IMG/VR virus record: IMGVR_UViG_3300049437_000005
Reading direction: 5' to 3' (one strand)
Source of the DNA: a virus
DNA length: 50,462 nt
Shown here: positions 40,937-50,462 of the stretch, one piece after another
Layout of the letters: each line of letters starts with the position of its first letter
Numbering within the stretch: position 1 is the first letter of the stretch
Position numbers and translations under genes: made by a program
The notes under the pieces: model-generated
Told to the model about the DNA's origin: nothing
Databases searched by the model: none
The model's input: the letters and a program-made list of their open reading frames with translations, nothing else

Positions 40937-41875
40937 TTATTGGCATAATTCTTCTAGCGTTGCGTTAACACCTGAAATTGACACAGTATTGCTTGTTCCG
41001 GCGCGAGTTATCATAACATCAAACCAATATGTAGTTGACGTAGATAAGCCAGTTAATATGATGTTCTTTGACCACAATCTATTGTCTCCGGCAGTTCCGG
41101 AAACGGCAAATTGAGACGCAACTCCAATTGTTGTTCCAGCCGGAACTGCGCCATTTATCGGCGCAGTTCCAGTTCCGTATTTTACGGTGACAGTAATTGT
41201 CGATCCCGCACCATTCGCATATGCAACGCCATCGATTGTAAATCTAATTATTCCAGAGCTAGTTGGCGCAAAATGGATCGTCGATCCAAGCCCCATCATA
41301 ACTCCACCAGATGAAGTTGTTCCGGTTGGGTTTGAAGGCTTCAGATTTACTGAAGCAGTTCCAGAAGTAAGATATCCAGCTACCGAGTGATCTCCCCATC
41401 CATAAGCCAAATCCCAATTTGCACTGTTATCTGTAACTATTGAATAACTGCCAGACGACGCGCCCCTCTTTATTAACCCTTGACTAGAGAAATCTCCGTC
41501 AACAACTACGTCTGAATGAGAAGTCTCTGAAGTCAAATATCCAGCGCTAGCGTGATTTCCCCAACCATACGCAGAATCCCAGTTTGCGCTGTGATCGTAT
41601 GAAGCCTGCCATGCCGTAAACAGCGGGTCAGTTTCTTCTGATGTTCCGCCTCCATCAACAGTTGTAGCGCATACGAGGTCCGCGTCGTACTGAATTGCTG
41701 ATTCTGTTGCAAGGTTCCAAGAATCAACATCTTCTTGAGTTATCTCAGCAGCAACAGATGCAGAAAAAACTGGGTCTGATTCTGATATAACTACGCTATC
41801 CAATATAGAGAATAGCTGCGTAAATGCTCGCCTAACTTCTTCTGTGCTGTGAGTATTTGGAATTCTGTATGGCAT
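40937..41875 (-). CDS. Tail fibre protein
   Basis: SDPVFSASVAAEITQEDVDSWN and ETDPLFTAWQASYDHSANWDSAYGWGNHASAGYLT repeats are shared with 39689..40663. TAATG-coupled to the upstream 778-aa gene. Confidence 0.6.
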   Translation of the reverse strand: MPYRIPNTHSTEEVRRAFTQLFSILDSVVISESDPVFSASVAAEITQEDVDSWNLATESAIQYDADLVCATTVDGGGTSEETDPLFTAWQASYDHSANWDSAYGWGNHASAGYLTSETSHSDVVVDGDFSSQGLIKRGASSGSYSIVTDNSANWDLAYGWGDHSVAGYLTSGTASVNLKPSNPTGTTSSGGVMMGLGSTIHFAPTSSGIIRFTIDGVAYANGAGSTITVTVKYGTGTAPINGAVPAGTTIGVASQFAVSGTAGDNRLWSKNIILTGLSTSTTYWFDVMITRAGTSNTVSISGVNATLEELCQ

Positions 41876-44211
41876 TACGGAATCCTCCGTGAACCGGCTT
41901 CAGCTATAACCGCCGTGATATTTTCAACCGCCCAACGGCGATTAGCAGCGCCAGTTAACTTGATCGTGCAGGCTTGCCCCCGGCAGGCTGGATGAACCGT
42001 CGAGTTGATTCCGGCAACCCAGGTTCCGGTATCAGAAACAGCAGCGCTTGCAGCGCCCTCGAACGTCAGAGATGGGCTTAGCGCCCAAGTCACGCTTCCG
42101 CTGTTCTCTGCAATGTCGGCGTCAATCGAGATTATCTTCCCAACCAGCGAATCCTTATTTAGCGCGATCGGCCCTATTACGGCGTAACTCGATATTGCAG
42201 TTCCGCAATCGTTTTCCGCAAGGTTCGTAAAGCGTCTAATAATTCCATCTCTTCCGCCAAGCAATACCCCAGAATCCTCAATAGCTGTAGCTTGAAGAGT
42301 ACAAGTCGTAGTTGGTTCATGGTCTGCGTCAAGCGTAAGGGGCCAGAAGGTCTTTCTATCCCAATCTAGCCACCAGTGAAGCCGCGAGTTTGCTTGCTCG
42401 GAAGTCAAGAAGATATGAACCCCGCGACCCTCAACGTCGTATTCGAGTGATGCCGTCACCATATCAGGGTTGATATTCAGGAATTCACGCGGAAGCATCT
42501 CACGCGAAAGCTGGATCGGGTAGGAGTCGCCGCCAGGGGGAAGCGCGTAGATTCCATCCATCGACAGGAAAATCAACTCGCCTGAAGGCCCTAGCGTCCA
42601 CGCTCGCTGCCCGACGATACCGACCGTGTGACTTACGCTATTTAGACTGCCGCCGTAAGCAGGATCGCCCTGCATTCGCCACAACTCATTCCGGCAGGCA
42701 ATCAGTAGGTAGTCGTCGCTATGGGGAATTAGTGCGGTTATTGGGCTGCCTGGAACCCCAGCCTCACTTGAAGTTCCAGCAACGGCCCGCTGGCTATCCT
42801 CTTGGGTGTAATCCCAATCAGCGTAGTTACCTTGCCTGCTGCAATACCAGACGTGTGGGGCAATCTCGGCCCCAGCCAAAAACAGCCGGTCGAGATACCG
42901 ACAGACTAGTGGGCAGCCGGTCGGTACTTGGCCTGTAGTCGCAGACCATATCGAGATCGTGTTCGTAAGCGGGGCGTAAACCTTCGGCGCTCGCTCGATT
43001 CGATAGGCGCAGTTCCCGGTTCCTGCTGCCGTAGTCAGCGTAAGCGACCCTGCCGCGACCGTCTGAATCTTGTATGTTTGTGCAACTGCGGTTCCAGTCG
43101 GGTTCGAGACTACAACCACGTCGGTATCTTTGTCGATACCTAGGGTTGTCCAGTCTGCTACGCCGGTAGCGTCGAATGCAGTACCGACTACGCTTCCATC
43201 GGTTCCAGTAGCTCGAACGTCGCCATAGTCGGCAATCATTAACTCTTGCCCGCTTTGGGCCGCGCATAAAACAACGTCGTCGCGGAGATCGATTACCGAG
43301 GAAACCGCCGCCATTCGACCGTAGAAAGATTCGTAGTAGAGCGAACCACCCGCCGATGCAACGGCCATTGAACGTAAGGTATTGACTGGTGAAGTCGAAT
43401 AGTATTGAGCGCGGAACACGTTCGATAGTGCAAGCCCGCCGTCAACAGTGCATTTCAATCCAAAACCGACTCGCTTGCCGGTTTGGGCGTCAACGGCCTG
43501 CGTGAGAATCAACGTGCCGTTCCAGTAAACCTTGATCGTATTCCCGTTGACTTCAGCAGACAACCAACCGGGCTGCACCGCAATCGTGCCAGGAGTAAAC
43601 GTGTAGCTCGTAACAACACCGCTGATAACAGACCGAAGATATCCGGTATAAGCCCCGGTCGTTCCGGTCTGAGTCAACTCGACTAAAACGCCGTCTTGCG
43701 CGATATCCGGCGTTGTATCGTCTAGCCTGAGATACAGCCGATAGCTTCCGTGCCAAGCACCAGCCCAAGGCGTAAGGAACATCTCGACAACGTAAACCTC
43801 GCCCGTATCAATCGGCAACACGTCGGCAACAGCTTCGCCTTCAGAAGTCGAGTAGTCGATACTCGCCAGCGAGGTCGTTAGAACGCTCGGCATCGCAGAC
43901 GCCCAAGCTGCCTGCGTCCAAGCCTCAGCCATCGACGAACCGGCGAAGGTATCGGACCATGACGTAAAGCCGTCACCGAGAGCGAGAACCATCGACGTAA
44001 GAAGGCGAACGGGCGAACCGCTGCCGAGAGTGTCGATATGAGCGAGAACAAGACCGGGGCGGCTGCCTCCGCGTTCCCGACCTTCAAGGCCGGTCACGGC
44101 CCGAACATTTAAGAGATCGGGCGAAGTGTACGGCGGCTGCTGCCGATATGCACCCTTACGATTAAGACCCGCTAAGGGGAACTGGACGGAGATTTGGCGC
44201 TTCTTAGCCAT
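41875..44211 (-). CDS. Large tail protein (T7 gp12 / nozzle-like candidate)
   Basis: 778 aa, located after the adaptor-like gene and before the fibre genes, as in podoviruses. No motif-level proof. Confidence 0.45.
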   Translation of the reverse strand: MAKKRQISVQFPLAGLNRKGAYRQQPPYTSPDLLNVRAVTGLEGRERGGSRPGLVLAHIDTLGSGSPVRLLTSMVLALGDGFTSWSDTFAGSSMAEAWTQAAWASAMPSVLTTSLASIDYSTSEGEAVADVLPIDTGEVYVVEMFLTPWAGAWHGSYRLYLRLDDTTPDIAQDGVLVELTQTGTTGAYTGYLRSVISGVVTSYTFTPGTIAVQPGWLSAEVNGNTIKVYWNGTLILTQAVDAQTGKRVGFGLKCTVDGGLALSNVFRAQYYSTSPVNTLRSMAVASAGGSLYYESFYGRMAAVSSVIDLRDDVVLCAAQSGQELMIADYGDVRATGTDGSVVGTAFDATGVADWTTLGIDKDTDVVVVSNPTGTAVAQTYKIQTVAAGSLTLTTAAGTGNCAYRIERAPKVYAPLTNTISIWSATTGQVPTGCPLVCRYLDRLFLAGAEIAPHVWYCSRQGNYADWDYTQEDSQRAVAGTSSEAGVPGSPITALIPHSDDYLLIACRNELWRMQGDPAYGGSLNSVSHTVGIVGQRAWTLGPSGELIFLSMDGIYALPPGGDSYPIQLSREMLPREFLNINPDMVTASLEYDVEGRGVHIFLTSEQANSRLHWWLDWDRKTFWPLTLDADHEPTTTCTLQATAIEDSGVLLGGRDGIIRRFTNLAENDCGTAISSYAVIGPIALNKDSLVGKIISIDADIAENSGSVTWALSPSLTFEGAASAAVSDTGTWVAGINSTVHPACRGQACTIKLTGAANRRWAVENITAVIAEAGSRRIP

Positions 44212-44287
44212 GAGTGTTCTCTGCGCTAGAAGATGAAAATTGCTGTCGTCTATTGAGGGCTAGAGACAGCGAGAGAGCCACTTCACA

Positions 44288-44503
44288 CTACGCAACGGTC
44301 ACGGCGTCGAAGTCGCAGGAAGTTGCGCTTCCTTCGTTGACGTACAGCGCGGTTCCAGCGCCTCCATCTGTATGCTGAAACAGACAGCCGGTTTGATAAC
44401 CAGCATCCCCATCGGTCGGAACCGTCGTTCCGCTTGCAAGAAGCAGACCGGAATTCAAGGCGGGTTTCTTGATTTTCAGAAGCGAACAAATTCGGTCAAT
44501 CAT
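44288..44503 (-). CDS. Small virion-associated hypothetical protein
   Basis: 71-aa G/T-rich ORF in the head-tail region. Confidence 0.35.
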   Translation of the reverse strand: MIDRICSLLKIKKPALNSGLLLASGTTVPTDGDAGYQTGCLFQHTDGGAGTALYVNEGSATSCDFDAVTVA

Positions 44504-44574
44504 GGTGCGGTTCCTTCAGTTAGATGGTAGGTGACACTTGGCCGGTACTTTTACCCGGCAGTTGAAACTCGAAA

Positions 44575-44871
44575 TTATCCAGCAGCAGGCGTCGGGCCTG
44601 GAACGTATGTTACTTCCCCTCCATCCTGATATGTGCCAGCGCCAGTGTTTCCAATAGCGTAAATTGCCGCGCGGGCGTTAGGGCCGCGAAGTAACACTGA
44701 GTCGCCGATGTTGGTCAGTTGGATTCCCTTGCCAGCTTCAGCCGCCTCGCCGATACCAATGGCAACGGCGACTGCATTCGTGATCTTTTGGATGAACAGG
44801 AATTCGCGGTTCGCGTCGGCGGCAACGATGATCGAACTTGAAGCAGTCGCAGCCCATGAGCCTTTGGACAT
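44575..44871 (-). CDS. Small virion-associated hypothetical protein
   Basis: 98-aa A/G-rich ORF in the head-tail region. Confidence 0.4.
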   Translation of the reverse strand: MSKGSWAATASSSIIVAADANREFLFIQKITNAVAVAIGIGEAAEAGKGIQLTNIGDSVLLRGPNARAAIYAIGNTGAGTYQDGGEVTYVPGPTPAAG

Positions 44872-44880
44872 AATTAAACC

Positions 44881-45087
44881 TTAGACCTTACGTTCGTATC
44901 CAGTTAAGACATTCGTAAGGGCATCCATTCCGACCTGATTCCTCTTCGGCTGCCTCTGCAACTGCTGCTGTTGTTTCTGCTTCTTTATCTTGTTTTGGCG
45001 CTGCAATTCGTCCCACTCTGCCTGCTTGCGTTTTTGCTGCTCGGCCTGCTTCTGCTGCTGCCTGACTTGTTCGGGTGTGAGGGCCAT
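44881..45087 (-). CDS. Q/K-rich coiled-coil small protein
   Basis: 68 aa. QQQKQAEQQKRKQAEWDELQRQNKIKKQKQQQQLQRQ. TAATG-coupled to the upstream gene. Confidence 0.4.
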   Translation of the reverse strand: MALTPEQVRQQQKQAEQQKRKQAEWDELQRQNKIKKQKQQQQLQRQPKRNQVGMDALTNVLTGYERKV

Positions 45088-45878
45088 TAGATCGAAACTC
45101 CCTTATAGGTTATCGGGTAAGTCGTTCCGGTAATCCCTCGACGGAAGCTGCTATCCTCGCAATCTTGCGGCTGTCCCATCTGGCCGAACCGCCGGGGGCC
45201 GCGCTTTTGGTCGCGAGTAATCGCGTCAACAAGCAGCGCCTTGAATTGCTCGGTATGCGTACCCGGCGAATCCTCTATACGAGACTCAGCAACAGATAGA
45301 CAAGATTCAATGTAAAGTTCGGCAAGCTGCATTCCACCGAGAGGATACGGGTTGCTAGCCGATAGAGCGCCGCTGTAGGCTTCATACTCATAACTCAGTG
45401 TCCGTGCCGTGTCTGGTTCCGGGTAGAACAGAATCTCTTGTCGCTGGCCGTTCGTTCCATCCGACGCCTTATAGCGAGTAGCGGCATACATCGGATCGCC
45501 GGAAAGGTCGCTGCTTGCTCGCATCGCAAGTAAACGATTTACAGCTATTATCGCAATCGGCGGCAAGTACGCTGCTGCCGGGTAATTGATCTCGCCAATC
45601 AAACGCCCGAAATCATCCGGCAAGTCGTAGTCGCCATCGGAAGCCGCAATCTCCAGGGTCTTAGTCGGGCGAAGCCAAGACCATTCGTATCCAGCAAACC
45701 GCTCGGCATCCAACGCAGTCGGATAGTAAACTCGACGAACACCAGACTGAACCAAACGGTTAAGTTCCGATTGCTGTCCGGCTGCATATGACGCATACGC
45801 CTTATAGCCGTAGCCAAGGAAGTTGCCTGTCTCTCCAATCAACTCGGGATAGCCAACCGAAAGCGATGATTCAGCCAT
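45087..45878 (-). CDS. Head-tail adaptor/connector candidate
   Basis: 263-aa ORF downstream of the capsid genes and upstream of the large tail protein. Call is by position only. Confidence 0.4.
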   Translation of the reverse strand: MAESSLSVGYPELIGETGNFLGYGYKAYASYAAGQQSELNRLVQSGVRRVYYPTALDAERFAGYEWSWLRPTKTLEIAASDGDYDLPDDFGRLIGEINYPAAAYLPPIAIIAVNRLLAMRASSDLSGDPMYAATRYKASDGTNGQRQEILFYPEPDTARTLSYEYEAYSGALSASNPYPLGGMQLAELYIESCLSVAESRIEDSPGTHTEQFKALLVDAITRDQKRGPRRFGQMGQPQDCEDSSFRRGITGTTYPITYKGVSI

Positions 45879-45948
45879 AGCAACCTCCGAGAGAAAAGCG
45901 GGCGGGCCAGGAAGAGAGAACTGGCCCGCCCTAACCGCGCGGCAAATA

Positions 45949-46785
45949 CTACGCTAGAACGCTGCCGAGTACGTGGTAAGCGTACCACTGGCCGTTCGCT
46001 TCGCTGCCGCCCCAATAGAGGAAGCATTCCTCGTCGTCGGCGTCGAGGGTAATTGTAGCCAACGCGACGAGCGGGCTGGCGTTACCCATACCCTGCAAAC
46101 CACTCGTCACCGTAATGACAACATCGCTGGTGGTCATAGTCGCCATGCACTTGAAGCCCTTCTTCAAGCCGGGGATCGTCGAATCCGCCAGCGTGAAGGT
46201 CGAGTTCGCGGCGAGGGTAATCGGAGCTTCGAAGATCGTGACTCCACCTACCATGAATGTTTCAGCCCCGCCAGCCGGGGTCAACGTAGGAGTGCTACCG
46301 GCAGCGATATAGACTTCGATCAAGCCCGATTGCGGGCCATCTTCGAGTTCGGCGAGGCACAGGCCAGCCGTCGAAGAACGGTCGATGGTTTGCAGCGGCT
46401 TCGCGGAACCCTTGCCCTCGAACCCGGCGTACTGAAAGTAACCGGCGTAAGTGCCGCCCGCGATGCAAGTCGTTCGACCGGAGCCAAGCGTGTTGGAAGC
46501 CTTCGAGAGAATGTTGCAGGTCGAACCCGGAACGTAAATCTCGATGAGTTGGCCGGTCGCATGAGCGGAGTAGTCTCGCGCAGCGACACCGGCGAAATAC
46601 TGCGCGTTCGTGATGCTCGGAAGTTCGACGCGATTCGTTCGGCGACCATCGGCGCTTGCCGCCGTGCCGTAATCGTAGTTGTAGCAAACGCCCTGACCTT
46701 CTTTCAGCGCCGTAGCGCCCTCGAACCACACCCATTTCGAGCGAACGTCGTTTAGTTTTTGCGGACCATTAACGGAAACGTCCAT
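45949..46785 (-). CDS. Virion hypothetical protein immediately after the major capsid gene (decoration/head-fibre candidate)
   Basis: 278-aa G/A/T-rich ORF. Call is by position only. Confidence 0.4.
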   Translation of the reverse strand: MDVSVNGPQKLNDVRSKWVWFEGATALKEGQGVCYNYDYGTAASADGRRTNRVELPSITNAQYFAGVAARDYSAHATGQLIEIYVPGSTCNILSKASNTLGSGRTTCIAGGTYAGYFQYAGFEGKGSAKPLQTIDRSSTAGLCLAELEDGPQSGLIEVYIAAGSTPTLTPAGGAETFMVGGVTIFEAPITLAANSTFTLADSTIPGLKKGFKCMATMTTSDVVITVTSGLQGMGNASPLVALATITLDADDEECFLYWGGSEANGQWYAYHVLGSVLA

Positions 46786-46900
46786 TGAAGCACACCTTTC
46801 GATTGATTGTAAAAACTTAGTTCTTCCTACTTACTCCACCCATCCTTGTCGCAACACAAAATGTAGGGGAGTTTTTACGCTCCCCTACGAATCGCAACTA

Positions 46901-47944
46901 CTACACCGTAGCGAACACGGCCTGACGGCGCAGGTTCGTGCAGACCATTTCGAGTGTCGCATCGAGATCGACGCGGCTGACGAGATGCTTGTTGGGGACC
47001 ATGTACGGAGCGGTCAGGTTGTTTTCCCAGCCGGGCATGGTTCCAATCGCCATCCACTGCCAGTCGATCATGTAGATCGGATTCTGCGTGTCGTCGTCCA
47101 GCTTCGGGGCGTAGGTCATCGGCGTTCCCTTGAACAAGGTGCGCCCGCCCATGCTGTCGAGATCGGTTCCGAGGTTCATGTTCTGCGCTTCCAACGCCTC
47201 TTCGAGCAAGCCGAGAACGGCGTCGTTCGTGTAGATGCCGTTCTTCGTCTTGGCGTTCAAGTCGGGTTGCGCGTGCGAAACCGGCGACACGAAGCGGGTC
47301 TTACGATGCCCCTTCCGCATCTTGCGAACCAAATCCTCTTTCGTGATCTGGTCGTAGTCGGAGAACCAGTTCGCCCAACGCGGCTGCGCGGACGAAAGGA
47401 TGTGGGCGCGGCCAATGGCTTCGTAGCCGGTCGGGTCGAGTCCGTAGAATCCGCTCTGGCCGGACGTGCCCTTCTGAATCCAGAAGGAAATTCCGTGCGG
47501 AGTCTTATCGTCGGAAGCCGATGGGGAACCCCACAGCATTTCTTCCAACAGTTCGTAGAACGAAACCATCATCGCGACGTATTTCGTCTGGACTAGATCG
47601 ACAATTGCCTTGCCGCCGAGTTGGAATGCCTTCTCGCGCTTGTCGTAGATGTAGTGCGCGTTGACGTGACGGGGCTGCATGTAGCCCTTAATCATCGTGT
47701 CGCCGATAGACGACCCATCGGTTTCGTACATTCCGACAGCGCGCGCCGAATGGTTGTGGTCGATCTGCGCGTCGAAACGCCAGTCGTCGCCGCCCTCGAA
47801 TTTCTTCAGACGGTTCTTCCAAATCTCGCGCACGGCGACGTGATCGGAGAGGTCGGTCTGCAAGTCGAGAAACGCGCCCTTCTTAACCAAATTCTCTTGG
47901 GTCAGAAGAACGGCATCGTCAACATCTTTGTACTGAAGAGTCAT
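46901..47944 (-). CDS. Major capsid protein (HK97-fold, T7 gp10-like by size and position)
   Basis: 347-aa ORF directly downstream of the acidic scaffold-like ORF and the portal. Confidence 0.65.
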   Translation of the reverse strand: MTLQYKDVDDAVLLTQENLVKKGAFLDLQTDLSDHVAVREIWKNRLKKFEGGDDWRFDAQIDHNHSARAVGMYETDGSSIGDTMIKGYMQPRHVNAHYIYDKREKAFQLGGKAIVDLVQTKYVAMMVSFYELLEEMLWGSPSASDDKTPHGISFWIQKGTSGQSGFYGLDPTGYEAIGRAHILSSAQPRWANWFSDYDQITKEDLVRKMRKGHRKTRFVSPVSHAQPDLNAKTKNGIYTNDAVLGLLEEALEAQNMNLGTDLDSMGGRTLFKGTPMTYAPKLDDDTQNPIYMIDWQWMAIGTMPGWENNLTAPYMVPNKHLVSRVDLDATLEMVCTNLRRQAVFATV

Positions 47945-47984
47945 TGAAAAGCACTTTCAATTCTACCCCGTTCGATCTCGACGA

Positions 47985-48980
47985 CTATCGCGCGAAATAC
48001 TTCGCGTCGAGCAATGCCGCCGTTTCATCCAACGGGTTGTTGTTGTTGGTTTGTTTACCGCCGCCTGCACGTTGAATGTGCCGTTGGCTACGCTTCGCAA
48101 GGTCGCCTGAAATCTTCTTCAGTTCGATCTTTTGGTACTCGTCCATGAGAACCAGCTTCGCCGCCGTATCAAAAACTTGATCTCGCGGTGGCGCTTGCTG
48201 ACCGGCTGCTTTGTAACCGGCCAAAAGTACAGCAGCTTGGTTGGCGATTGCCTCTCGCTTTTGATACTGCGAGCTTGCCGGATCAAGGGCACTGCGCGGT
48301 CCCTTGCCAAGCGCATCCTCGAAGTCGGCTCCGAGGGCTGCGGTTTGTTTGTCAAACCACGACTCAACTTCATGCTTCGCAGCGTCTTGCTGCAACTGCA
48401 CGGTACTCTGCGAGTATTCTTGAAGGCTTTTGATCGCCTTGTTTTGCTGTTCGATGATCTCTTTGAACTTACCGAAAGCAGCCTTCACTTCCGGTTGCCA
48501 CTCGACTTCTTCCGTATCCTCGAAGGAAGGAAGATCGGCGAACAAGTCCGCTTCCGGCTCCGGTTCGACGGGCGGAAGATTCTTCTTCGACGCTTCGAGA
48601 ACACGGTAAACGACGGACTTCAGCAGCGCTTCGTTACCGAACTGCCGGGCCTGTTCTAGCGAGAACCCGGCCTGAACGGCGGAGGTTAGGGCTGCATCGC
48701 TGATCGCGGGCGGCGTAACGGGCGTTTCCTTGCCAGCTTCTCCCTTATTCGCTTCGCTTCCGTCAGCATGGGTTCCCGATCCATCGGAATTTGATACGTC
48801 GCCGCCATCGCTTCCAGCAGGAAGATCATCTTCCGCATTTCCGCTTCCGTCATGTACCTTGGCTTCACCTTCGACGACTTGCTGATTCGCATTCTCGTTG
48901 TTCTCTTCGGGTGCGGATTCGACGGTCGCCTCTTCAACGGCTGAATTGATCTCAGCCACAAAAGTCTCTTCGAGCGCCAT
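47985..48980 (-). CDS. Scaffolding protein
   Basis: 331 aa, strongly acidic, E/A/Q-rich and predicted helical, located between the portal and the major capsid gene. Confidence 0.6.
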   Translation of the reverse strand: MALEETFVAEINSAVEEATVESAPEENNENANQQVVEGEAKVHDGSGNAEDDLPAGSDGGDVSNSDGSGTHADGSEANKGEAGKETPVTPPAISDAALTSAVQAGFSLEQARQFGNEALLKSVVYRVLEASKKNLPPVEPEPEADLFADLPSFEDTEEVEWQPEVKAAFGKFKEIIEQQNKAIKSLQEYSQSTVQLQQDAAKHEVESWFDKQTAALGADFEDALGKGPRSALDPASSQYQKREAIANQAAVLLAGYKAAGQQAPPRDQVFDTAAKLVLMDEYQKIELKKISGDLAKRSQRHIQRAGGGKQTNNNNPLDETAALLDAKYFAR

Positions 48981-48989
48981 GTGTCTCTC

Positions 48990-49331
48990 CTAGTAAAATG
49001 AGTTTCGGTCATGCAAACCGCGCAGTTTCAACGCTCTCTTGCGATGCTGCGGGTCGCGGTAAATGGGGTTGCCGTCGCGGGAAACTTCGGTCGGACAGCC
49101 GTGCGAAGCGAAGAACTGACGCAGTTCCCCGGCTTGCTCGGCGTTCACGCCCGACGCAACGCATTCCAACGGCCAGCCGCCGCCTGCGCGCCGAGGGTCA
49201 TGCTCGGCGCTGAAGTCGCGCAAGAGAACTGCCCCGTTCTCGGCTACGATCTCTCTGGGTGCGTCCCCCATGCGGAAGAAGCGTTCCTCATACTGGCCCT
49301 CATCGTTTGAATAGGCGTAAGTCGGCATCAT
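48990..49331 (-). CDS. Hypothetical protein (113 aa) between portal and scaffold
   Basis: ORF in the head operon with no motif recognised. Confidence 0.45.
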   Translation of the reverse strand: MMPTYAYSNDEGQYEERFFRMGDAPREIVAENGAVLLRDFSAEHDPRRAGGGWPLECVASGVNAEQAGELRQFFASHGCPTEVSRDGNPIYRDPQHRKRALKLRGLHDRNSFY

Positions 49332-49375
49332 TGAACCTCTAAAACATTCATTATGGTTAGAGGGTTATGTCGCCA

Positions 49376-50462
49376 CTAAGAACCTGACCCCTGCGGAGAA
49401 GCGCCGCCAGGATCGCCGCCCATGAGAAGTTGCGTCATTGCAGCCGTCGATCCTTGCCGCGTCATTCCGGGGCGACCGACGCGGTTGTAAGTACGAGTCG
49501 TATTCGACGGCATCGGAAGCGACATATTCCCTCCGCCAGCAGCAGGTTCGGCGGCTTGCTCTGGGAACATGACGATATCGATCACGTCTGGCGGAAGGCC
49601 GGAATACTTCGCGGCAGCCTTGATAATCTTCTCGGCATCGACGGTTCCTCCGCCTTGCTGAATTAGCGGAGCCATAGGAACGACAACGCGCTCTACGAAC
49701 GCGAGCAGTTTTGCGAGCAGTAGTTGCGGCGAGTCGTCTTGCAGGGAGTAAATGTCGATCTTCAGATGGTATTGACCGAACTTGCCTTTCTTCGCGTTTC
49801 GATTCCATTCAACGGGAATCGAATCTTCGACGCCAGGAATAGGCTTCTGAAGCGTGCGCTCCTTAATCGGGTCAGTCCATTCGTAGTAAGCCAGCGCCTT
49901 AAACACCCCTTTCATACAACTAACTGTACGGTCGGCCATATCTCGAAGTTGAGCGCCAGCCGCCTCGCCAAGCAGCTTCTCTTGGCCGACAGTTTGGGCC
50001 ATTAACCCAAGCCCGCCGAGAGAATCGAGGTTACCCATGAAGTACGATGCGAGATCGCGGGTCTGCAAGTAGAAGGCCAGACTCGTCGGATCGATTCCGC
50101 CAGCCTTTAGTTCCTTCGGCTCGGTTCCAGTCCATTTAACGCCTTCGCCGTCGCCCGCCTTCTTGAAGTCGTCAACGGCCTGATCGTCGTTACCGCCGAA
50201 GCCGAGAACTTTCTTCTGCGATTTCGCACCGTCGCCGAGTTTACGGAACACTTCATTTCCTAGCTCATGCAAATCACGCCACAACGCTACGGGTGGAAGC
50301 GGCAGAAGATTACCAACAACCTCGCCGTAGCCGAGTTTGTAGTACGGCCCGTAATTAAGTTCCTCATCCCACTCGGTAACATGAAGAACCTTTTCTGATT
50401 TGACACCGTAAGTCACTAAGATATTCTCGCCTGGAAGCCAGGCATCTCGACACCAGATTTTT
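49376..50462 (-). CDS. Portal protein, C-terminal part (continues upstream through the overlap into 783..1)
   Basis: The ORF-track entry 49376..50416 is in frame with the minus-strand frame of 1..783 after collapsing the 127-bp overlap. Confidence 0.6.
   Translation of the reverse strand, partial: KIWCRDAWLPGENILVTYGVKSEKVLHVTEWDEELNYGPYYKLGYGEVVGNLLPLPPVALWRDLHELGNEVFRKLGDGAKSQKKVLGFGGNDDQAVDDFKKAGDGEGVKWTGTEPKELKAGGIDPTSLAFYLQTRDLASYFMGNLDSLGGLGLMAQTVGQEKLLGEAAGAQLRDMADRTVSCMKGVFKALAYYEWTDPIKERTLQKPIPGVEDSIPVEWNRNAKKGKFGQYHLKIDIYSLQDDSPQLLLAKLLAFVERVVVPMAPLIQQGGGTVDAEKIIKAAAKYSGLPPDVIDIVMFPEQAAEPAAGGGNMSLPMPSNTTRTYNRVGRPGMTRQGSTAAMTQLLMGGDPGGASPQGSGS
50336..50462. repeat. Terminal exact direct repeat, copy 2 (identical to 1..127)
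   Basis: Same comparison as copy 1. Confidence 0.95.

Larger units (their letters stand above)
1..50462. mobile_element. Complete temperate dsDNA phage genome (circular assembly, unique length 50,335 bp), podovirus-like structural gene order
   Basis: Exact 127-bp terminal overlap. Full set of packaging, head, tail, lysis-like, replication and integration genes. Integrase lies next to a tRNA 3' fragment. Confidence 0.85.

Noticed and set aside
1-50462. CRISPR arrays, diversity-generating retroelements, retrons, rRNA genes and insertion sequences.
   Set aside because: No regularly spaced direct repeats, no reverse transcriptase ORF, no template/variable repeat pair near the fibre genes and no transposase-like ORF were seen on either strand.

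Overview
The window is a complete, circularly assembled dsDNA temperate phage genome. Bases 1..127 are identical to 50336..50462, so the unique length is 50,335 bp, and the portal gene is split across the window ends.

Layout: two divergent transcription arms leave a highly structured, almost gene-free island of about 2 kb (4.7-6.7 kb) and converge at about 27.08 kb.

Plus arm (6.67-27.09 kb):
- translationally coupled micro-ORFs and Cys-rich early proteins
- a small serine recombinase and a winged-helix regulator
- a Sak4-like ATPase / DUF669 SSB-like / Cas4-like exonuclease recombination module
- an SF2 helicase, a Prim-Pol primase-helicase and RusA
- a nucleotide-pool module (MazG-like, DUF5664-like, 5'-nucleotidase, metallophosphoesterase) and a DNA methyltransferase

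Minus arm (4.66 kb downward, wrapping through the window ends to 27.08 kb):
- terS-like, a Zn protein, a CAP-domain protein, terL, portal, scaffold and major capsid
- podovirus-like tail and internal-virion genes, including a low-GC tail-fibre/tailspike cassette
- a membrane/envelope cassette with a papain-like peptidase and an anchored thioredoxin but no recognisable muralytic endolysin
- a terminator, an attP-like tRNA 3' fragment, and a tyrosine integrase coupled to an XRE regulator

No CRISPR array, rRNA, reverse transcriptase, or DNA or RNA polymerase gene was seen.

Most notable signals:
- a strand-specific 10-mer (CAGAGTGCGC) present 7 times in 3.4 kb of the early region at fixed distances from start codons
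- the structured island, with operator-like repeats, purine/pyrimidine tracts and G-runs
- a full-geometry tRNA-like element with a broken anticodon stem
- the thioredoxin / cysteine-peptidase envelope cassette

All functional calls come from motif recognition by eye. None has been checked by a database search.
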